Of a stretch of 55,481 nt of DNA, positions 49,768 to 55,481 are shown one piece after another (the stretch's first letter is position 1; each line of letters begins with the position of its first letter). The stretch spans positions 1-55,481 of the forward strand of contig JABJFI010000081.1 in assembly GCA_018662825.1 (NCBI GenBank), given 5' to 3'. A program made the translations under genes and the position numbers. Under the pieces are notes generated by a model that was given only the letters and a program-made list of their open reading frames with translations, was not told the origin of the DNA and made no database searches. The DNA comes from Methanobacteriota archaeon (GTDB taxonomy: Archaea; Thermoplasmatota; Poseidoniia; Poseidoniales; Poseidoniaceae).

Positions 49768-52700
49768 ATGAAGGCTAAATTAGCGACAGGTATGATTTTG
49801 ATTTTCCTATTTCAAATAGCGTCAGTTTTACCAGAAGTTGATCGATTAAGTGACTTTCAAACAGAGAGTAGATCTCAGATAAATAGCCCACAGGGGGTAA
49901 ATGATACATCCTTTGTATCTATGTCAGCACGTTCTTTTCAGTATGAGGATCATAAAGGAGATAGTAAAGAATTTGGAAATTCTTTGATTGTTATGCAACA
50001 GACAATATGGAATGGAGGGGCAGGTCCGCAATTCAACGGAAATCAGGTTTGCCCTTCTTCACTTACTTATGCACAATGTACTCATAGTTTATTGATAATT
50101 AATTACTCATCTAACACTTTAATAGCCCATATTTATGCAACTACAGAATTACATTTTGATACCTTTGAGAATTCATTGCATATATCTACACTAACTGCTG
50201 GGACAGGACAAAATGCAATGAACGTAATTTGGCCAATTCAGAGCCCTGTTAGAAATTATAGTGGACCTGGAGTCTATGTTTTTAATCAAGACGGCATTTT
50301 GTCTTCAAACACAACGAATACTATTTCCAATAAGTGGCCAGGTTATTTCACCCCTTCAACAGTTATGGGAGACACTTCTACATACACCTGTAAGCTCAAT
50401 TCGATAGTTGCTGTATCTGATTATAGTAATATATTACAACGAACATGTTGGTTTCAAGGTGGGATTGTTGCAGGACCTAGTGCAGGAACAAAACATTTCA
50501 ATTTCACAAATTCTACAGACTTTCAAAACATCACCGTTATCGGTGATAGAAGTCATGGCTATACAACAACATATCTTTTAGTAATTACACAAAAATTCAC
50601 TAATGATACAATAGAATGGACACATCCTCGCTTGTTAATGCAAGGCGCTTCAACGGCCTGTTCAACAGGATATCATAGTAGTAACAGTCCTTTATCAACC
50701 CCATATTCCATATCAACTGGGAACAACAACACATATGTATCCACATTTTGGAGCACAATATCTAGTTGTGGTTGGATTGGTACTGTGGACGTAAATAATG
50801 CCACTGAGTTTTACAGATATTCGAGTTCCTATTCTTTCGGTCAATCAGCCTTGACAATGTCTCTGAATATTTCAACAGGGCAAGAGAATTGGAAAAAAAG
50901 AATGGGTTTTTATCCTATTGACGGAAATGAAATATTACTTACAGATAATGATTTGATATTCTGTGGATCAACTCATTCCTATAGTCAAGGTTTTGTTTTG
51001 AATCAAGCAAGTTTGAACATGGGGTCGATAGGAATAGTTAGAATTAACTCAAGCACTGGAGATTATATCAGCCATGCATCGCTTCTTGGTTCTGGAACAG
51101 TTCATGGGTGTGGTAATTCTGATTCTAGCGGCAATGACGCTTTTTTAGTGATGCAAGGAGTATCGTACTTGAATGGACAATATTCTGCTTCTACTGCAAT
51201 CACATTAGTTAAATTAGATAGGCAGAATAATTTCAATCATGTTTACACTATATCGAATGCCGATTTCGGTGATTTCAATATAGATGAAAGAGCTATAATC
51301 ATTACAAATCCAGAAAATGTAAATTATGGTTCAGGTTCAATGGCAGGTGGAGATGGTCTTGGAATATTTTACTTACAAGATGATTATGACCAAGATAATC
51401 AAGCAGACAATATTGATTCTGATGACGACAATGACGGTTATCTCGATGTCAACGATAACTGCCCCAGAGGAATGATGGACTGGACACCAGGTTCTTCTAC
51501 AGACGGCGATTCTGATGGTTGTCACTTTAGTGAGGATTTAGACAATGACAATGATGGAATAGACGACTCATTAGATAATTGCGATTCTCCTGCAAACTCA
51601 TTCACTTCTACACCCATTACAGATTATGATGGAGACGGATGTAGAGATTCCACTGAAGACTACGATGATGACAATGATAACATTCTAGACATAAACGATA
51701 ATTGTATTAAGAGTGTGAATAATTCTGATGTTGCAACAAATGATACAGATTCTGATGGCTGTGGAGATTCCGTTGAGGACTCTGATGATGATAATGATGG
51801 CGTATTTGATGTGAATGACCAGTGTCAAACCTATCCAAATACCTGGCAATCTTCATCCAATACAGACCACGATAGCGATGGTTGTAAGGATTCGATAGAA
51901 GACGATGATGATGACAACGATGGCATCAATGACAATTTGGATAGTTGCTCTACTGGTAAGATTGGGTGGATACCTACTACTGAAAATGACGGTGATTCTG
52001 ATGGTTGTTACGATGCTAATGAAGACATAGATGACGACAATGATGGAGTTACTGACAGCGCAGATGCTTGTCCAAAACAAGCGGGAGATTCTTCGTTTGG
52101 CTCTTTACTAGGTTGCCCAGATACAGATCAAGATGGTTATGGAGACAATATCGATTCCTGTCAATCTGAATATGGTACAAGCTTTAGAGACGTATATGGT
52201 TGCCCAGATTCAGATGGTGATGGATACAGTGATTCTGGCGATGATTTCCCTAACGATGCATCTGCTCATTCAGACAGCGATAGCGATGGGGTTGAGGATT
52301 CAATAGATGAATTCCCGTTCCTTCCAGGCCAATGGTTGGATAATGACGGCGACGGATATGGTGATAATCCAACTGGTCCTACCCCAGATTCTTGTGTTGA
52401 AACATATGGAAATTCAACTAGAGATATTTACGGGTGTCTTGATTCTGATGGCGACGGATATAGCGACATAAATGACAAATTCCCTAATGACAAATCAAAA
52501 TGGCTAGATACTGATAATGATGGAGTTGAGGATTCTGATGATGATTTCCCATTAGATCCATCACAGCAAACAGATTCTGATGGCGATGGCTCAGGCGATA
52601 ACCCAACAGGAGTTGGGGCAGACAAGTTCCCCAATGACAGCACTCAATGGTCAGATATCGATGGAGATAGTTACGGCGATAACCCCAATGGTACAAATCC

Positions 52701-53658
52701 TGATGCATTCATTACTGATTCAACCCAGTGGTCTGATGCAGATGGTGATGGTTATGGAGATAATCCAACTGGAAGGTTGTATGACCAATTCCCGCAAAAC
52801 CCTACTCAATGGGTAGACGATGACGGTGACGGATTGGGTGACAATCTGAACGGTACTGACGCAGATCCATACCTCAATGACTTCGACAATGATGGATACA
52901 ATGACAGCATCGACATCTTACCGAAACTACCATCTCCTGGTGATTTAGATGCCGATGGTTGTCTGGATGAAGACGATGCTTTCCCTTCCAACTCTCAAGA
53001 GTGTTTGGACAATGACGGTGATGGCGAAGGCGACAATGCTGACGTTGATGATGACAATGATGGTTGGGCGGATACTGATGAAATTCGGCTAGGTACTGAC
53101 CCATTCAATTCTGCTGAAGAGCCAGTGGAATCATTCGAGATTGTGATTCCCGGAACTTCTGTTGGTCTAGGTGCTTGGGATTTGATTGGAATGTTTGGTG
53201 GTATTCCGCTATTCGTTTGGATTGGATTTGGATTTGTAACTCGCAATACTCGATGTGCAAAATACGAAACAATGCTTCGTGAAGCGAACACTCGAGACGA
53301 GTTAGAATCAGTGGCTTACAAATGGGAATACTCGCTTATGCTTCGAATGCTAGGTCCTCACCAAGGAATTCGATTAGAACGCTTACGAGCTGAATTAGAT
53401 GATAAGTTTGAGGCTATGGCCCAACCACTCTCTTCTATTGACAATCATGAATTCGACCAGACCCAAATGGTGGTTGAAGAAATGAATGATACAGAAAAAC
53501 AAGTTCCAGAATTAGTTACACAGAGTGATTACCCTTCAATCGAAGATACAGCGCAGAAAACAGACGATAATGGATATGAATGGTTCACCGCTCAAGATGG
53601 GACTAATTTCTACAGAACAATTGGCTCTCAAGCAGATTGGATAAAGTTAGAAAATTGA
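49768..53658 (+). CDS. Large membrane-anchored protein with many thrombospondin type-3-like (DxDxDG) Ca-binding repeats
   Basis: Signal peptide MKAKLA..., an S/T/N-rich N-terminal domain, many DxDxDG repeats, a TM helix and a Trp-containing C-terminal module. TATA-like TTATATTTTAT upstream of ATG 49768. Confidence 0.85.
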   Translation: MKAKLATGMILIFLFQIASVLPEVDRLSDFQTESRSQINSPQGVNDTSFVSMSARSFQYEDHKGDSKEFGNSLIVMQQTIWNGGAGPQFNGNQVCPSSLTYAQCTHSLLIINYSSNTLIAHIYATTELHFDTFENSLHISTLTAGTGQNAMNVIWPIQSPVRNYSGPGVYVFNQDGILSSNTTNTISNKWPGYFTPSTVMGDTSTYTCKLNSIVAVSDYSNILQRTCWFQGGIVAGPSAGTKHFNFTNSTDFQNITVIGDRSHGYTTTYLLVITQKFTNDTIEWTHPRLLMQGASTACSTGYHSSNSPLSTPYSISTGNNNTYVSTFWSTISSCGWIGTVDVNNATEFYRYSSSYSFGQSALTMSLNISTGQENWKKRMGFYPIDGNEILLTDNDLIFCGSTHSYSQGFVLNQASLNMGSIGIVRINSSTGDYISHASLLGSGTVHGCGNSDSSGNDAFLVMQGVSYLNGQYSASTAITLVKLDRQNNFNHVYTISNADFGDFNIDERAIIITNPENVNYGSGSMAGGDGLGIFYLQDDYDQDNQADNIDSDDDNDGYLDVNDNCPRGMMDWTPGSSTDGDSDGCHFSEDLDNDNDGIDDSLDNCDSPANSFTSTPITDYDGDGCRDSTEDYDDDNDNILDINDNCIKSVNNSDVATNDTDSDGCGDSVEDSDDDNDGVFDVNDQCQTYPNTWQSSSNTDHDSDGCKDSIEDDDDDNDGINDNLDSCSTGKIGWIPTTENDGDSDGCYDANEDIDDDNDGVTDSADACPKQAGDSSFGSLLGCPDTDQDGYGDNIDSCQSEYGTSFRDVYGCPDSDGDGYSDSGDDFPNDASAHSDSDSDGVEDSIDEFPFLPGQWLDNDGDGYGDNPTGPTPDSCVETYGNSTRDIYGCLDSDGDGYSDINDKFPNDKSKWLDTDNDGVEDSDDDFPLDPSQQTDSDGDGSGDNPTGVGADKFPNDSTQWSDIDGDSYGDNPNGTNPDAFITDSTQWSDADGDGYGDNPTGRLYDQFPQNPTQWVDDDGDGLGDNLNGTDADPYLNDFDNDGYNDSIDILPKLPSPGDLDADGCLDEDDAFPSNSQECLDNDGDGEGDNADVDDDNDGWADTDEIRLGTDPFNSAEEPVESFEIVIPGTSVGLGAWDLIGMFGGIPLFVWIGFGFVTRNTRCAKYETMLREANTRDELESVAYKWEYSLMLRMLGPHQGIRLERLRAELDDKFEAMAQPLSSIDNHEFDQTQMVVEEMNDTEKQVPELVTQSDYPSIEDTAQKTDDNGYEWFTAQDGTNFYRTIGSQADWIKLEN

Positions 53659-53670
53659 TTCAGAGCCCTA

Positions 53671-53750
53671 GCGATACCCTCTGTATAGGCGTATCATGAG
53701 TGGGTACCGACGCGTGGAATGTCGGTACAAAGGGTATCGCGTGGGGTGAT
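53671..53750. repeat. Intergenic element copy 4
   Basis: GCGATACCCTCTGTA and TACAAAGGGTATCGC are 14/15 complementary; inner hairpin GTACCGAC/GTCGGTAC. Confidence 0.85.
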
Positions 53751-53806
53751 TTTAGGCATTAGTATTTGATGTAAGCACTATTGGGAAGAATAGAGAGAGA
53801 CGTATT

Positions 53807-54097
53807 ATGACAAAGACAACGAAGAAGAAAATCATCTCATTCTCATTGATAATATTTGGAATACTTGTACTCATTACAGGGATTATGATGATTCAAACTG
53901 GATTCGCAACCTTTGATGACGACGAACCTAGAGTTTGGCTCTACATTGGAGGTATTTTTACAATAATTGGAGGCGTTTTCTTGACAGTTGGTGGAATGAT
54001 ATATCTTAACTTCGAGCGTTTGAAAAAGAAGGCACTTAGTACAGCTGGCAAGATTGCTGATGCTGTTGAAGAAGAGAGAATACAAGACAAAAAGTGA
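53807..54097 (+). CDS. Small two-TM membrane protein
   Basis: 96 aa with two hydrophobic helices and charged termini. Confidence 0.7.
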   Translation: MTKTTKKKIISFSLIIFGILVLITGIMMIQTGFATFDDDEPRVWLYIGGIFTIIGGVFLTVGGMIYLNFERLKKKALSTAGKIADAVEEERIQDKK

Positions 54098-54148
54098 TGC
54101 CTTCGTTAGAAGATAATACAACTCAAGTAGGGTCTCATACAGTCAACT

Positions 54149-54280
54149 GACATATCATTTCCACGAAATCGCAAGGGTTCTTCCAAACCCCTCAAGACAT
54201 TATGGATGAGTACAGTGGGTGTTCAGTCCACCAGTATACTGCCTACCGTTTGAAACTATGGTGTGTGGAAGGGCCCTTTG
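54149..54280. repeat. Intergenic element copy 5 (inverted copy of 49603-49694)
   Basis: ACCCCTCAAGA-N13-TACAGTGGGTG. 74/92 identity to the reverse complement of 49603-49694. AAGGGCCCTT palindrome at 54269-54278. Confidence 0.85.
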
Positions 54281-54408
54281 AAACGGAATCTAATTTGATT
54301 CGATTTCTGTTCGAAACGCTTCGATAATCAACACACTCAATCATCTTACCTTTTCCAATACTGAATGTCGGAGTTCAAAATATATACTTAACAACATTAC
54401 GAGAAAAC

Positions 54409-55481
54409 ATGGCAGCCACTGATCTTGGATTGATTGGTGCAATTTTGATGATTGCAGTAGGCGCAATGACGCTTTATTTTGTAAGGAATAATAAAAAATT
54501 GATGTGGAATCAACGTCTCGGCGCACATATTATTTGTTGGTTATTTCTTGCCAAGGGAATCGGTAGTGCCGCTGCTTCATTCTTGATTGCAGATGGTGTT
54601 TTGTTCGATTCTGGAGGATATTGGCAATTTACTTTCTCCTTACTTTGGCTGATGGACATCCTCTTCACTACCGGAATGCTTGGATTATGTTTGGTATTCC
54701 CCATACCGATTCTGCGTAATAAGAAACATCTAAAAATAGCATTTACCGCAATAGCAGTATTCACCGCCTATAGGATAATACTCTTCATGGTAGGCTTTGG
54801 AGTTACAATACTGGAATTGAGCGGAATTACATATCTTATTTGTGGTATTGTTTGGGGCACTGTGTATATTCGATTCCGTTTAGCGCCAGTGGAAAAAAGA
54901 AACCAGAGTACTGAGAATATCGCCTTGGCTGCTGGTCTATTATTGATTTTCCATCTTGGACACATCTGGTTTTCATGGCCAGGATTAATATTGCGTGCCG
55001 AATATTTCTATAACTTAGACCTCATGGATGGAATTTCTCATCGTTCAGTTGAATATTTTTGGCAAGCTTGTTATGCATTTTCGATTGGACTTGGGATGAT
55101 GCTATGCGCTATTGAAGTCAAACAATTAGTCAATGGTAGGGCAAATCAGTTTACATATGCAATGATTACATATTTCACACTTGGATTCATTGGATATACC
55201 ATCTTATCGTCTGCTTCCGACGCTTTCTGGTGGGCTTCTGGAGAACAAACACTTGCACAGATTTGGATTACCCTTACTTCATCGATGCACTTTACAATCC
55301 TTCGACCACTAATTGGAATGTATGTACTGTTAAGGTTTGGATTATTTGATACAAGTGAAGATATGAAACCGAAAGCAAAGATGATGGTAATTATATTGAT
55401 TGTAATAGCAACATCTGCCCTGCTTGAATTAGTTCAAGCCATTGTTCCAATGAATGAAATGCTTTCAGCCGCACTTCTTGG
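54409..55481 (+). CDS. Polytopic membrane protein, 3' truncated by window (missing from ORF track)
   Basis: Open frame MAATDLGLIGAILMIAVG... to the window end, about 10 TM helices. AAAATATATA TATA-like box at 54377-54386. Confidence 0.8.
   Translation, partial: MAATDLGLIGAILMIAVGAMTLYFVRNNKKLMWNQRLGAHIICWLFLAKGIGSAAASFLIADGVLFDSGGYWQFTFSLLWLMDILFTTGMLGLCLVFPIPILRNKKHLKIAFTAIAVFTAYRIILFMVGFGVTILELSGITYLICGIVWGTVYIRFRLAPVEKRNQSTENIALAAGLLLIFHLGHIWFSWPGLILRAEYFYNLDLMDGISHRSVEYFWQACYAFSIGLGMMLCAIEVKQLVNGRANQFTYAMITYFTLGFIGYTILSSASDAFWWASGEQTLAQIWITLTSSMHFTILRPLIGMYVLLRFGLFDTSEDMKPKAKMMVIILIVIATSALLELVQAIVPMNEMLSAALL

Noticed and set aside
51380-53100. Nucleotide repeats (GATGGTGATGG etc.) as a DNA-level repeat array or DGR
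   Set aside because: Explained by DxDxDG protein repeats with synonymous divergence; no reverse transcriptase or TR/VR pair seen.
46871-54280. Canonical integron attC sites or CRISPR repeats
   Set aside because: No paired RYYYAAC...GTTRRRY boxes bound the elements (only isolated CCTAAC at ~48805 and GTTAGA at ~54105). There are no identical repeats with regular short spacers, and no intI or cas gene in the window.

Overview
Archaeal chromosomal segment. Evidence: rps13-rps4-rps11-rpo3 order, PolD large subunit, FEN1 with PIP box, Dph5, Trm5, Trm11, split GMP synthase. The many large acidic TSP3/CARDB/PPC surface proteins and bacterial-type genes (xth, aceE, fumC) suggest Marine Group II/Poseidoniales (inference). 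About 1-44.9 kb is mostly housekeeping. It includes one tightly coupled four-gene bacterial-type biosynthetic operon (His-rich membrane protein, DarB/StlD-like KAS III, heme-oxygenase-like diiron enzyme, DUF6999-like protein) between polC and the 3' end of tRNA-Arg(TCG). From about 44.9 kb to the end is a visibly more AT-rich accessory region. From 46.8 kb on, every intergenic gap carries a related non-coding element built from an 11-bp motif (about TACCCWYTGTA / TACARWGGGTA). The motif occurs as inverted pairs with a fixed 13-bp spacer and as tandem 11-bp units. The family includes a ~140-bp symmetric element and a 92-bp, ~80% identical inverted repeat pair bracketing a 4.5-kb cargo. This looks like an unannotated gene-cassette/recombination-site array and is the most novel signal in the window. 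No recombinase, transposase, CRISPR or rRNA was seen. All product calls come from motif recognition, not database searches.
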